Source of the DNA: Myxococcota bacterium
GTDB lineage: Bacteria; Myxococcota_A; UBA9160; PR03
Length of the DNA stretch: 40,058 bases
Direction: 5' to 3'
Assembly: GCA_041611735.1 (NCBI GenBank)
Contig: JBFIML010000042.1
Coordinates: 1 to 40,058 of the forward strand
Below are positions 12,420-21,919 of the stretch, piece by piece. The notes beneath the pieces are model-generated. The model was not told the origin of the DNA, did not search any database, and worked only from the letters and a program-made list of their open reading frames with translations. Made by a program: the position numbers and the translations under genes. Each line of letters begins with the position of its first letter. Positions within the stretch are counted from its first letter, which is position 1.

Positions 12420-13958
12420 CTAGGGGGATTTTCCGGGTTTTCGCGGGGACTGGGCTCCGCGGGGCCGGCGGGGACGGCGCCGCCGACGGGGAGGCGGTGG
12501 GGCTGCCAGCGGCTCGAAGAAGGTCTCGGGCCGTCCGCTGCGTCCCCGGCACACGTCGCAGAGGCCGCACGGGCTGCCGGCCTCCTCCCCGAAGTAGCCG
12601 CGCAGGAAGACCGCACGGCAGCTCTCGCTCCGGGCGTACTCGGACACCGCTTCGAGCCGCCGGTTGTCCTGGGTCCGCAGGGTCTCGAAGCGGCCCGCCA
12701 GCTGGCGGGCGCTCGGCTCCAGCTCCGCCGCGGGTAGCCCCACCTCGACCCGGTCGTCCCGGAAGCGTACGAACTCCGCCTGCTCCAGGACTGCGAGCAG
12801 CGCCATGGTGGTGCGCTCGCCGAGCTCCGCGGAGAGGGCGAGCGCTTCGACGCTGGGAGCCCGGCCCTCCCGGACCCACTCGGCCAGGGCGCGTCCCAAA
12901 AGGAACAGCTGCTCCGGCCGCACGCGGCTGCGCGCCAGCAGTGCCTCGTGCACGGTGCGGTCGCCCTCGTCGTGCAGCAGCAGGCAGTGGGCGCGACGGC
13001 CGTCGCGACCCGCTCGGCCTGCCTCCTGCACGTACTGCTCCAGGGAAGCCGGCGAGCGATGGTGGATCACGTAGCGGATGTCGGGCTTGTCGATCCCGAG
13101 ACCGAAGGCGCTGGTGGCCACCATCACCGTGCGGCGTCCCCGCCGCATGTAGAGCTCCTGCTCCCGGTTGCGCTCGGTGGCGGTCATGCGCCCGTGGTAG
13201 CGATGGGCGGGGATGTCGAAGCGGGCCAGCACCGCGTAGACCTCGTCCACCTCGCGCGTGGTGGAGCAGTACACGATTCCCGGCCGATGCAGGCGCCGGA
13301 CGAAACGGACCAATGCCCGCAGGCGCTCGTCGCCCCGGCACAGGATCGCCTCGAAGGCGAGGTTCGAGCGGTGCGGCGAGGCGGCCACCACGCTCGGCTG
13401 TCGCATGGCCAGGGCCCGCACCACGTCCTCGCGCACCGCGTCGGTGGCGGTGGCCGTGAGGGCCAGCACCGAGGGCCGGCCGAGTTCGCGCAGGTGCTCT
13501 CCCAGACGCAGGTAGGCGGGCCGGAAGTCGTGGCCCCACTCGGAGACACAGTGGGCCTCGTCCACCGCCGCCAGGGAGAGCCCGGCCTTGCGCAGCGCTT
13601 CGGCCGCGTCGCGGGCCGCCAGGGTCTCGGGGGTGGTCATGACGAGCAGCGAGCCGCCCTCGGCGATGCGGGCCAGCGTCGCCTCCCGGTTCCTGCCCCG
13701 CACGGTGCCGTCCAGCCGCACGCAGGGGATGCGTCGCGCCAGGAGCTTCTGGTGCTGGTCGCGCAGCAGGGCGAGCAGTGGCGAGACCAGTACCACCGGC
13801 CGGGCCAGCACCATGGACGGGATCTGGTAGCAGGCGGACTTCCCGAACCCGGTGGGAAGCACCACCAGCACGTCGCGGCCCTCGAGCACGTCCCGCACCA
13901 CGCGGGCCTGCTCGTCGTGCAGACGGGCGATGCCCAGGCGCCGGGCCGCCTCGCGCAC
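12420..13958 (-). CDS. recQ: RecQ-family ATP-dependent DNA helicase
   Basis: LPTGFGKSACYQIP, VDEAHCVSEWGHDFRPAY, ALTATA, YHGRM, VATSAFGLGIDK, YVQEAGRAGRDG, RQC Zn site (CR...CGLCDVC). Start uncertain. Confidence 0.92.
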   Translation of the reverse strand: MREAARRLGIARLHDEQARVVRDVLEGRDVLVVLPTGFGKSACYQIPSMVLARPVVLVSPLLALLRDQHQKLLARRIPCVRLDGTVRGRNREATLARIAEGGSLLVMTTPETLAARDAAEALRKAGLSLAAVDEAHCVSEWGHDFRPAYLRLGEHLRELGRPSVLALTATATDAVREDVVRALAMRQPSVVAASPHRSNLAFEAILCRGDERLRALVRFVRRLHRPGIVYCSTTREVDEVYAVLARFDIPAHRYHGRMTATERNREQELYMRRGRRTVMVATSAFGLGIDKPDIRYVIHHRSPASLEQYVQEAGRAGRDGRRAHCLLLHDEGDRTVHEALLARSRVRPEQLFLLGRALAEWVREGRAPSVEALALSAELGERTTMALLAVLEQAEFVRFRDDRVEVGLPAAELEPSARQLAGRFETLRTQDNRRLEAVSEYARSESCRAVFLRGYFGEEAGSPCGLCDVCRGRSGRPETFFEPLAAPPPPRRRRRPRRPRGAQSPRKPGKSP

Positions 13959-14180
13959 CTCCCCGCCGACCGCGTGAGCGCCGCCGCCGCGCCGGCGTCG
14001 TCGCCGCCCCCGCCTGCGCCGACGCGCCTGGGGGGGGCGCCCGGCCTCCTGCCGACCGTTGTCCGGGACGGGTCAGCCCTCCCGGCCATCGACCCGCCCG
14101 GAGGCGGGCCGGGGCCTCAAAAGCAGTGTGCCGCGGTGGGCGCGAGGTCGGAAGAGGAGGGTGCCCCAGGGGGCAAAGTC

Positions 14181-14199
14181 GACATTGATTTTCATTTTC
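14181..14199 (+). promoter_or_regulatory. Fur-box-like operator
   Basis: GACATTGATTTTCATTTTC matches 14 of 19 positions of the Fur consensus GATAATGATAATCATTATC, 22 nt upstream of bfd. Confidence 0.65.
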
Positions 14200-14221
14200 A
14201 TCCCACGTAGCCTCTCGTCCG

Positions 14222-14437
14222 ATGTTCGTCTGCCACTGCATCGGGGTCCGGGAGGGCGAGATCCGGCGCGCCGTGCGCGCCGGGGCGTCTACCCTCCGCC
14301 AGGTGGCCCGCGCCTGCGGTGCCGGTACCGGGTGCGGCGGCTGCAGCCCTCTCGTGGCCGAGATCGTCGCCTCGGAGCGCGACGCCTCCAGCCCCCTGCG
14401 GGTCGCGGTGGTGCCCGAGACCGCGGCCGCCTCCTGA
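14222..14437 (+). CDS. bfd: Bacterioferritin-associated ferredoxin-like [2Fe-2S] protein
   Basis: 71 aa, MFVCHC...GAGTGCGGC, the BFD-like cysteine pattern. Confidence 0.88.
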   Translation: MFVCHCIGVREGEIRRAVRAGASTLRQVARACGAGTGCGGCSPLVAEIVASERDASSPLRVAVVPETAAAS

Positions 14438-14448
14438 AGCCAAGCCCT

Positions 14449-15240
14449 TCACGGCAGCGACGGCACGATCGCGATGGCGCGCAGCGGCGCGCCCGTCCCC
14501 GCGCGGATCTTCATCGGGAGGGCCACTACCTCGAAGCCCGTGGCCGGCAGGCGGTCCAGGTTCGCCAGGTTCTCGAGCGCCGGCACGTCGTGCTCGAACA
14601 GGATGCGGTGGCTCTCGAAGCCCTGCGAGGTGCCCGGGTCGATGCTGGCGGTGTCGATGCCCACCAGACGGATGGCACGCTGCTCCACCAGCCAGCGCGC
14701 CGCATCCGGGTGGAGCCCCGGGAAGTGCAGCTCCGCCACACCTTCCGGGCCGCGCTTCGCCGTGCCGAGGTAGCGCTCCCGGTCCGGCCAGAAGCGGCCG
14801 AATCCCGTGTGCAACAGCACGATGGCCCCTTGGGGCAGGCGGCCGTGCTGCTGCTCCCAGGCAAACAGCTCGCGGACCGTCACCGCGTGATCCCGGTCCC
14901 GCGCGCAGGCCCGGGAGACGTCCACCACCACCGCGGGACCCACGAGCCGGTCGACCGGAATCGAGTCCACGCTGCGTCGGCCGGCCGCGAAGTGGATGGG
15001 TGCGTCCAGATGCGTGCCCCCATGCTCCGCGGCGCGGAACCGGTTCGCCGCGTACCAGTAACCGGCCTCGGTCACTCCTGCGAAGCTGGGCTCGAGCACG
15101 AAGCCGTCCTCGCCGGGCCAGTAGATCGTTTCCGCGTCGAAGACATGGCTCAGGTCCACCAGCGTGTTCGCGCTTCGCAGCGGCGCGGACGCGGCGCAGG
15201 CCAGGGCCAGCAGCGCCGACGCAAGCAGGCCTCTCCGCAT
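14449..15240 (-). CDS. Cyclase (kynurenine formamidase-like) family protein with signal peptide
   Basis: ATG at 15240 after GGAGG. Motifs VDLSH, EHGGTHLDAPIHF, FPGL, GIDTASID, H...LENL, GTGAPLRA. Confidence 0.9.
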   Translation of the reverse strand: MRRGLLASALLALACAASAPLRSANTLVDLSHVFDAETIYWPGEDGFVLEPSFAGVTEAGYWYAANRFRAAEHGGTHLDAPIHFAAGRRSVDSIPVDRLVGPAVVVDVSRACARDRDHAVTVRELFAWEQQHGRLPQGAIVLLHTGFGRFWPDRERYLGTAKRGPEGVAELHFPGLHPDAARWLVEQRAIRLVGIDTASIDPGTSQGFESHRILFEHDVPALENLANLDRLPATGFEVVALPMKIRAGTGAPLRAIAIVPSLP

Positions 15241-15339
15241 GGTCGTCCTCCCGGGTGCGCGGGAGGGGCTCGAGGGCAGCCTCCGAGTTGGCACCCGCGC
15301 GACGGCAACGGTAGCGTCGTCCGGGTCGGGGAGAAGGCC

Positions 15340-16536
15340 GTGAAGCACTTCCTGTTCCACCTGATGCCCTATCGAGATCTCCCGGCCGACTTCGAGAAGA
15401 AGCACGATTCGGCCTGGGTGTGGATCCCCAACGATCTGTTCGATCCCGAGAAGGGCCGCCAGTACTACCACGAGTACCTGGACCAGCTCGTCGAGGCCGA
15501 GATGCTCGGCTTCGACGGCGTCTGCATCAACGAGCACCACCAGAACGCCTACGGGCTCATGCCCTCGCCGAACCTGATCGCCGCCATGCTGGTCATGCGC
15601 ACCCGCACCCTCAAGATCGCGGTGGTCGGGAACGCCCTGCCGCTCTACGACCCGCCCACCCGCGTGGCCGAGGAGATCGCCATGCTCGACTGCATCTCGG
15701 GCGGGCGCATCATCTCGGGCCAGGTGATCGGCGGCGGGCCGGAATACTTCTCGTTCTCGATCAATCCTGCCGAAGCCCGCACCCGCTTCGCCGAGGCCCA
15801 CGAGATCATCATGCGGGCCTGGACCGAGCCCGGCCCGTTCCCCTTCTACGGCGAGCACTACAAGCTGCGCTACGTGAACACCTGGCCGAAGCCGATCCAG
15901 AAGCCGCACCCCCCCATCTGGATTCCCGGGGCCGGCTCCATCGAGACGATGCAGTTCGTGGCCAAGCGGCGCTACGCCTACATGGGGATTCCCTACTTCC
16001 GCATCGACTTCTTCAAGAAGAACTACGCCCTGTTCCGGGAGATCTGCGAGCAGGAGGGCTACCGGGCCCATCCCGAGCAGATGGGGCTGCTGATGCCGAT
16101 CTACGTGGGCGAGACCGACGCCCGGGCCCGCGCGGAGTTCGAGCCGCACTTCTGGTACTTCAAGAACAAGCTCGTGCCGGGTCTCACGCTCTCGCCCCCC
16201 GGCTACACGTCGGTCCAGTCCACGCTTCGCGTCGCGCGAGCCTTCCGGGACGGCAAGACGTGGATCAACAGCTGCGAGACCTGGGACGACGTGGAGCGGG
16301 GCTGCTTCGCCGTGGCGGGGAGCCCGGAGACCGTGGCGCAGATCCTGGTCGAGCACGCCAAGGAGATCGGCTGCGGCAACCTGCTGGGGCTGTTCCAGCT
16401 CGGCGACATGCCCGCGGAGAAGGCCCGCGCCAACGCGCGCCGCTTCGCCGAGGCGGTGATGCCCCTCGTCAACAAGGAGATCCCCGATTCGGCGGAGCCG
16501 CCGCCCCGGGCGATCCCCTTCCCGGCGGCGGGCTGA
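15340..16536 (+). CDS. LLM-class flavin-dependent monooxygenase
   Basis: GTG at 15340. Motifs GFDGVCINEHH, PTRVAEEIAMLDCISGGR, WPKPIQKPHPPIW. Confidence 0.9.
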   Translation: MKHFLFHLMPYRDLPADFEKKHDSAWVWIPNDLFDPEKGRQYYHEYLDQLVEAEMLGFDGVCINEHHQNAYGLMPSPNLIAAMLVMRTRTLKIAVVGNALPLYDPPTRVAEEIAMLDCISGGRIISGQVIGGGPEYFSFSINPAEARTRFAEAHEIIMRAWTEPGPFPFYGEHYKLRYVNTWPKPIQKPHPPIWIPGAGSIETMQFVAKRRYAYMGIPYFRIDFFKKNYALFREICEQEGYRAHPEQMGLLMPIYVGETDARARAEFEPHFWYFKNKLVPGLTLSPPGYTSVQSTLRVARAFRDGKTWINSCETWDDVERGCFAVAGSPETVAQILVEHAKEIGCGNLLGLFQLGDMPAEKARANARRFAEAVMPLVNKEIPDSAEPPPRAIPFPAAG

Positions 16537-16542
16537 GCGGCC

Positions 16543-17340
16543 ATGGAGCCGACCGCCGGGCCGGTCGAGATCCTGGGCCGCCGCATCCACGAGATCCGGG
16601 GCGGCGCGGGGCGACCGCTGCTCTACCTGCACAGCACCATGGGGGAGGCCACCTGGCTGACGCCCCATCTCGTGGCGCTGGCCCGGCACTACCAGGTGTA
16701 CGCCCCCGCCCACCCGGGCTTCCTCGATTCCGAGGGGATCGAGCAGATCCGCCACGTGGAGGACCTCGTCTACCACTACCTGGCCTACCTGGATGCGAAA
16801 GGCTGGCAGGCCGTGGACGTGGTCGGGCTCTCGCTCGGCGGCTGGATCGCCGCCGAGCTGGCGGCCCGCTACCCGGAGCGCGTCGCGAAGCTGGTGCTGG
16901 TGGACGCCGTCGGCATCTGGGTGCCCGAGCAGCCCATGGCCGACCTGTTCGCCATCGATGGGCGCTTCCCGGAGCGGCTGCGGGATCTCCTCTTCCACGA
17001 CCCGAGCGTCCCCGCCGCGCGGGCCATGGCGGTGGGGATCGGGGCCGAGCTGCCCGACGCGGTGCTGGCCCACGTGGTGAAGGCCTTCGCCGCCACCGCG
17101 AAGATCGGCTGGAACCCGCTGCTCCACGATCCGCGCCTGGAGGGGTTGCTGCACCGGGTGACGGCGCCCACCCTGTGCCTGTGGGGCTCCCACGACCGGG
17201 TCGTCCCGCTCGCCTACGGCGAGAAGTACGCCAAGCTGATCCCCGGCGCCCGCCTGGAGGTGGTGCCGGACTGCGGGCACCTGCTTCCCTTCGAGCGTCC
17301 CGACGCCTTCACCAACGCGGTGCGCGACTTCCTCGGCTGA
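16543..17340 (+). CDS. Alpha/beta-fold hydrolase
   Basis: GLSLGG nucleophile elbow, WGSHDRVVP (Asp) and CGHL (His). Starts 6 nt after the LLM gene. Confidence 0.9.
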   Translation: MEPTAGPVEILGRRIHEIRGGAGRPLLYLHSTMGEATWLTPHLVALARHYQVYAPAHPGFLDSEGIEQIRHVEDLVYHYLAYLDAKGWQAVDVVGLSLGGWIAAELAARYPERVAKLVLVDAVGIWVPEQPMADLFAIDGRFPERLRDLLFHDPSVPAARAMAVGIGAELPDAVLAHVVKAFAATAKIGWNPLLHDPRLEGLLHRVTAPTLCLWGSHDRVVPLAYGEKYAKLIPGARLEVVPDCGHLLPFERPDAFTNAVRDFLG

Positions 17341-18508
17341 GCCCCGCCCGACCGGACAGGCCGGCCAGCAGGCCGATCCCCGCCGCGGCCGCGTGCAGGG
17401 GCGGCGTCGGGAGCATCCCGAGCCAAACCGGCGCGATCCCCAGCGCGCCGAGCAGGAGCGCCAGCGCCAGCCCGGAGGGAAGTCCTCGCCGGGCGAACCA
17501 GCCCACCGGGAACGCCAGGGCCGCGAGCCAGGCCAGGTCGAGGCCGTCTCGAAGCGGCGCCGGCAGGTCCGCGTCCGCCTGGATGAGCTTCCAGCCGTCG
17601 CCGACCCCGAAGCCCAGAGGGCACGCGAAGTCGTCGTTGCGCCGCACGCAGAGCGCGCTGCGGTCCCGTTCCACGCTGAGCCGGAAGGGCTCTCCGCGGG
17701 GCGCCGCGAGCAGCCCGGGAGCCCGCCAGGCGACGGGCTGCAGGCCCAGGGCGGAGGCCCGCGTGCGCAGGCGGAACACGAGATCGTCTCGCCAGCCGCC
17801 CAGGAAGAGGATCTCGCGCTGCTCATCCCGGATCACCAGCATGACGTCGAACTCGTCGGGCGGTACCGACCCCGAGGTGCCGACCAGCTCGAGGGGCGCG
17901 CCGCTACGCAGCAGGCGGCGCAGCTCCGCTCCCGACGCCAGACGCCCCGGCGCGAGCGCCCGGCCTCCGAGCCGCAGCTCGCGGACGCTCGAGTTCAACC
18001 CGCCCGTGTCCGCGGCCCAGAAGCCCGTGTAGACCGACTCCGGGAGCGACGGGACCACGAGCAGCGCCGGCAGCAGCCCCAGGCCGGCGGCCAGGCCGGC
18101 TCCGGCGAGGGCCACGCCTCCCGCCGCACGCGCTCCCGCTCGGCGCACGCCCCAGGCCAGAGCGGCCCACGCCGCCGCGCCGAGCAGGGCGCCAGCGGCG
18201 TTGGCGAGCGCATCCCCCACCCCCGCGGTGCGTCCCGGGAGGCTCCTCTGGAGCAGCTCGATGCCGCTGGCGAGTCCCGCGGAGACCAGGCCGATGCGCA
18301 GCACGGGCCAGCCCGCCAGGGTGAGCGCGAAGCCAAGGGGTGCGAACAAGGCCAGGTTGGCCAGCGTGTCGGCCGTTCTTCGCTCGGCCCGCAGCGGGGG
18401 CTGCGCGCCGGGCTCGGGCTCCCGTCCGGCCCGCGGCGTGAGCGTGGCGAGGCATACGCCGAGCAGCGCCAGTACGGCGAGCCCGTACGCGAGTCGGCCT
18501 CGCTTCAT
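17309..18508 (-). CDS. VanZ-family membrane protein with a C-terminal extension
   Basis: ANLALFAPLGF, SGIELLQRSLPGRTAGVGDALANAAG (VanZ signature). The 3' end overlaps the convergent hydrolase gene by 32 nt. Confidence 0.78.
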   Translation of the reverse strand: MKRGRLAYGLAVLALLGVCLATLTPRAGREPEPGAQPPLRAERRTADTLANLALFAPLGFALTLAGWPVLRIGLVSAGLASGIELLQRSLPGRTAGVGDALANAAGALLGAAAWAALAWGVRRAGARAAGGVALAGAGLAAGLGLLPALLVVPSLPESVYTGFWAADTGGLNSSVRELRLGGRALAPGRLASGAELRRLLRSGAPLELVGTSGSVPPDEFDVMLVIRDEQREILFLGGWRDDLVFRLRTRASALGLQPVAWRAPGLLAAPRGEPFRLSVERDRSALCVRRNDDFACPLGFGVGDGWKLIQADADLPAPLRDGLDLAWLAALAFPVGWFARRGLPSGLALALLLGALGIAPVWLGMLPTPPLHAAAAGIGLLAGLSGRAGLSRGSRAPRW

Positions 18509-18602
18509 GGGCGGGACCATATCATCCTTCCCGACCCCTTCCGGAGCCACCGGCTTGGCAGAGGGGACGGCCGCAGTAGGCTTCGCCGCAGAGGAGCGGG
18601 TC

Positions 18603-19391
18603 TTGCCCGAAGCGCGCAGACACGAGCCAGAGCGGGCCGCCCTGGCGCTCGAAGCGGTGTCGAAGCGCTACGCCGCCGCCGTGGCCCTCCAGGCCGTGGA
18701 TCTCGTGCTGCCCGCCGCTCGCACCACGGTGCTGATCGGGGCCAGCGGATCCGGCAAGTCCACCGTGCTGCGCACCCTGCTCGGGCTGGTGCCGCCGGAC
18801 TCCGGGCGGGTCCTGGTGCAGGGAACGGAGCTCACGCGGGCGAACGCGCTCAGCCTGCGCCGCCGCATGGGGTACGTGATCCAGGAGGGAGGACTCTTCC
18901 CGCACCTCTCCGCCCGCGAGAACGTCTCGCTGGTGGCGCTCTGGCTGGGCTGGCCGCCGCAGCGCCGCGCCCAGCGGCTGGCGGAGCTGGTGGAGCTGGT
19001 GCGCCTGCCCGCGGACGCGCTGGACCGCTATCCGGTGCAGCTCTCCGGGGGCCAGCGCCAGCGGGTCGGGCTCATGCGGGCCCTCATGCTGGACCCGCCC
19101 ATCCTGCTGCTCGACGAGCCCCTGGCCGCCCTCGATCCCATCATCCGGGTCGAGCTCCAGGAGGACCTGCGCCGCATCTTCCGCAAGCTGGCCAAGAGCG
19201 TCGTGCTCGTGACCCACGATCTGGCCGAGGCGGGCTTCTTCGGGGACCGGCTGGTGCTGATGAACGAAGGAGTCGTGCTCCAGCAGGGCACCCTGTCCGA
19301 GCTGGTGCACGCCCCCGCCGGAGACTACGTGGCGCGCTTCGTGCGTGCCCAGCGCCATCCCCTCGAGGCGCTGCGCCAGACGGCGCCATGA
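18603..19391 (+). CDS. ABC transporter ATP-binding subunit (osmoprotectant/betaine type)
   Basis: TTG at 18603 after GAGGAG. Motifs GASGSGKST, GYVIQEGGLFPH, LSGGQRQRV, LLLDEP, VTHD. Confidence 0.92.
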   Translation: MPEARRHEPERAALALEAVSKRYAAAVALQAVDLVLPAARTTVLIGASGSGKSTVLRTLLGLVPPDSGRVLVQGTELTRANALSLRRRMGYVIQEGGLFPHLSARENVSLVALWLGWPPQRRAQRLAELVELVRLPADALDRYPVQLSGGQRQRVGLMRALMLDPPILLLDEPLAALDPIIRVELQEDLRRIFRKLAKSVVLVTHDLAEAGFFGDRLVLMNEGVVLQQGTLSELVHAPAGDYVARFVRAQRHPLEALRQTAP

Positions 19392-20899
19392 GGCGCCACG
19401 CGTGGCTCGTCCTGGCTCTGGTGGTGGCGGCGCCCACCGCGCTGGCGGCGTCGCGGCCCGCGGGCTTCGAGGTCCGGGTCGGCTCCAAGAAGTTCACCGA
19501 GTCGGTGGTGCTCGGGGAGATCGGCGTCCTGCTGCTGCGCGACGCGGGGCTGCGCGCGGTGCACCGGGCGGAGCTCGGCGGGACGCGCGTGCTGTGGAAC
19601 GCGCTCCGGCGCGGCGAGCTCGACGTCTACCCCGAGTACACGGGCACCCTGATCCAGGAGATCCTGCGCGGCGAGCCCGTGGAGGAGGGCGCCGAGGGCC
19701 TGCGGAGGGTCCTCGGCGCCCACGGCGTCGTCGCCAGCAAGGCGCTCGGCTTCAACAACACCTATGCCCTCGGCATGCGCGAGGAGCGGGCGGCGCGCCT
19801 CGGCGTGCGCAGGATCTCCGACCTGCTCCGACATCCCGACCTCCGCCTGGGCTTCACCAACGAGTTCATGGACCGCGCCGACGGCTGGCCGGGCTTGCGG
19901 GCACGTTACGGGCTCCCCCAGCGCGACGTGCGCGGGCTCGACCACGACCTCGCCTACCGGGGCCTGGAGAGCGGCACCCTGGACGCCACCGACCTCTACG
20001 CCACGGATGCGGAGATCCGCTACTACGATCTGCGCGTCCTGGAGGACGATCGCGACTTCTTCCCGCGCTACGACGCGGTGTGGCTGTGGCGGGCGGATCT
20101 CGCGCAGGAGGCGCCGGACGCGGTGGTGGCGCTGGCTCGCGTGGAGGGCCGCCTGGACCCGGCCACCATGATCTCCCTCAATGCCCGGGCGAAGCTGGAG
20201 CGGGTCCCCGAGGCGCGCGTGGCGGCGGACTGGCTGGCGGGCTCCCTGGGCGTCCAGGCGGAGGTGCGGCGCGAGGGGGCGGCGACGCGCCTGGCGCGCC
20301 TGACCGGCGAGCACCTGTTCCTGGTGGGTGTCTCCCTGGGCGCCGCCGTGGTGCTGGCCGTGCCCCTCGGCATCCTGGCCGCACGCCGTCCCCGACTCGG
20401 GCAGGTGGTGCTGGGCGCCACCGGCGTGGTGCAGACCATCCCTTCCCTGGCGCTCCTGGTCTTCATGATCCCGCTGCTCGGCATCGGGTCGGCGCCCGCC
20501 ATCGCGGCGCTCTTCCTCTACAGCCTGCTTCCCATCGTGCGGAACACCCATGCCGGCCTGCACGACATCCCGGGGCCGCTGCGCGAGAGCGCCGAGGCCC
20601 TCGGTCTTCCGGCCGCTGCGCGTCTGCGCCGCGTGGAGCTTCCGCTGGCCTCGCGCGCCATCCTGGCGGGCATCAAGACCTCGGCCGTCATCAACGTGGG
20701 GACCGCGACACTCGGCGCGCTGATCGGCGCGGGCGGCTACGGCCAGCCCATCCTCACGGGAATCCGTCTCGACGACGTGGGCCTGATCCTGCAGGGCGCC
20801 GTCCCGGCGGCGCTTCTGGCCCTGGCGGTCCAGGGCGGCTTCGAGCTGCTGGAGCGCCTGGTCGTGCCGCGCGGGCTGCGCCTGGCCCGCCACGAGTGA
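19388..20899 (+). CDS. Fused substrate-binding/permease subunit of a betaine-type (OpuBC/EgtU-like) ABC transporter
   Basis: ATGA overlap with the ATPase gene; signal peptide. Binding-domain motifs GSKKFTE, YPEYTGT, GFNNTY, EFMDRADG, YATD; permease motifs QTIPSLAL, ESAEALG, IGAGGYG. Confidence 0.9.
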   Translation: MRRHAWLVLALVVAAPTALAASRPAGFEVRVGSKKFTESVVLGEIGVLLLRDAGLRAVHRAELGGTRVLWNALRRGELDVYPEYTGTLIQEILRGEPVEEGAEGLRRVLGAHGVVASKALGFNNTYALGMREERAARLGVRRISDLLRHPDLRLGFTNEFMDRADGWPGLRARYGLPQRDVRGLDHDLAYRGLESGTLDATDLYATDAEIRYYDLRVLEDDRDFFPRYDAVWLWRADLAQEAPDAVVALARVEGRLDPATMISLNARAKLERVPEARVAADWLAGSLGVQAEVRREGAATRLARLTGEHLFLVGVSLGAAVVLAVPLGILAARRPRLGQVVLGATGVVQTIPSLALLVFMIPLLGIGSAPAIAALFLYSLLPIVRNTHAGLHDIPGPLRESAEALGLPAAARLRRVELPLASRAILAGIKTSAVINVGTATLGALIGAGGYGQPILTGIRLDDVGLILQGAVPAALLALAVQGGFELLERLVVPRGLRLARHE

Positions 20900-20947
20900 A
20901 CCAACCGCTTGGCGCGCCCCGCTGGCCTGCGGTAGAAAGGCGGCCAC

Positions 20948-21919
20948 ATGCCCCCCCGCCTCGCCGCGCCGACGCTTCATGATCTCGCGCCGGACGAGAC
21001 CCACTTCCTGGAGGAGGTGCTCGCGGGGCTGCGTGAGCCGCAGAAGCGCATCCCCTGCAAGTACTTCTACGACGCGCGCGGGTCGGAGCTCTTCGAGCAG
21101 ATCTGCCGCCTGGAGGCGTACTACCCCACGCGCACCGAGCTCGCGATCATGCAGGCGCACGCCGGGGAGATGGCGACCCTCCTGGGTCCCGGCTGCCTGC
21201 TGATCGAGTTCGGGAGCGGCAGCAGCCGCAAGACCCGTCTGCTCCTCGACCGGCTCGAGGATCCCGCCGGATACGTACCCGTGGACATCTCCCTCGAGAT
21301 GCTGCAGCGCTCCGCCGCGGCCCTGGCTGCCGACTACCGCGGCCTCGAGGTGATTCCGGTGCGGGCGGACTACACGCACCGTTTCGAGCTGCCGTCGGTG
21401 GTTCGCCCGGTGAAGCGGAGGGCCGTCTACTTCCCTGGATCCACGATCGGAAACTTCCCTCCCCGGGAGGCGCGCGAGTTCCTGGCGGAGATCGCGGCGC
21501 TGGTGGGCGATGGCGGTGCGCTGTTGATCGGCGTCGACCTGCGCAAGTCGGTGGCGATGTTGGAGCTCGCCTACGACGATCCGGAGGGCGTCACGGCCGC
21601 CTTCAATCGCAACCTGCTCTCCCGCATCAATCGGGAGCTCGGCGCCGACTTCCGGGAGGACCGCTTCGTACACCGCGCGCTCTGGAACCAGACGCAGGGG
21701 CGGGTCGAGATGCATCTCGTGAGCCGCGAGCCCCAGAGCGTCCGCGTCGGGGGCGAGCGCTTCAGCTTCGCCGCCGGGGAGACCATCCACACCGAGAACT
21801 CCTACAAGTACCGGGTGGAAGAGTTCCGCGCGCTGGCCGCCGCCGGCGGTTTCGACCTGCGCCGGGTGTGGAGTGACCCGGAGCGCCTGTTCAGCGTCCA
21901 GTACCTGACGGTCCGGTGA
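20948..21919 (+). CDS. egtD: L-histidine N-alpha-trimethyltransferase
   Basis: KYFYDARGSELFEQIC, YYPTRTE, EFGSGSSRKT, FPGSTIGNF, AYDDPEGVTAAFNRN, IHTENSYKY. Confidence 0.93.
   Translation: MPPRLAAPTLHDLAPDETHFLEEVLAGLREPQKRIPCKYFYDARGSELFEQICRLEAYYPTRTELAIMQAHAGEMATLLGPGCLLIEFGSGSSRKTRLLLDRLEDPAGYVPVDISLEMLQRSAAALAADYRGLEVIPVRADYTHRFELPSVVRPVKRRAVYFPGSTIGNFPPREAREFLAEIAALVGDGGALLIGVDLRKSVAMLELAYDDPEGVTAAFNRNLLSRINRELGADFREDRFVHRALWNQTQGRVEMHLVSREPQSVRVGGERFSFAAGETIHTENSYKYRVEEFRALAAAGGFDLRRVWSDPERLFSVQYLTVR

Noticed and set aside
5005-13958. addB, addA and recQ as a novel helicase-nuclease defence system
   Set aside because: Motifs and gene order match housekeeping AddAB and RecQ repair enzymes.
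15289-15306. TGGCAC upstream of the LLM gene as a sigma-54 promoter
   Set aside because: No TTGC or GC at the required GG-N10-GC spacing.
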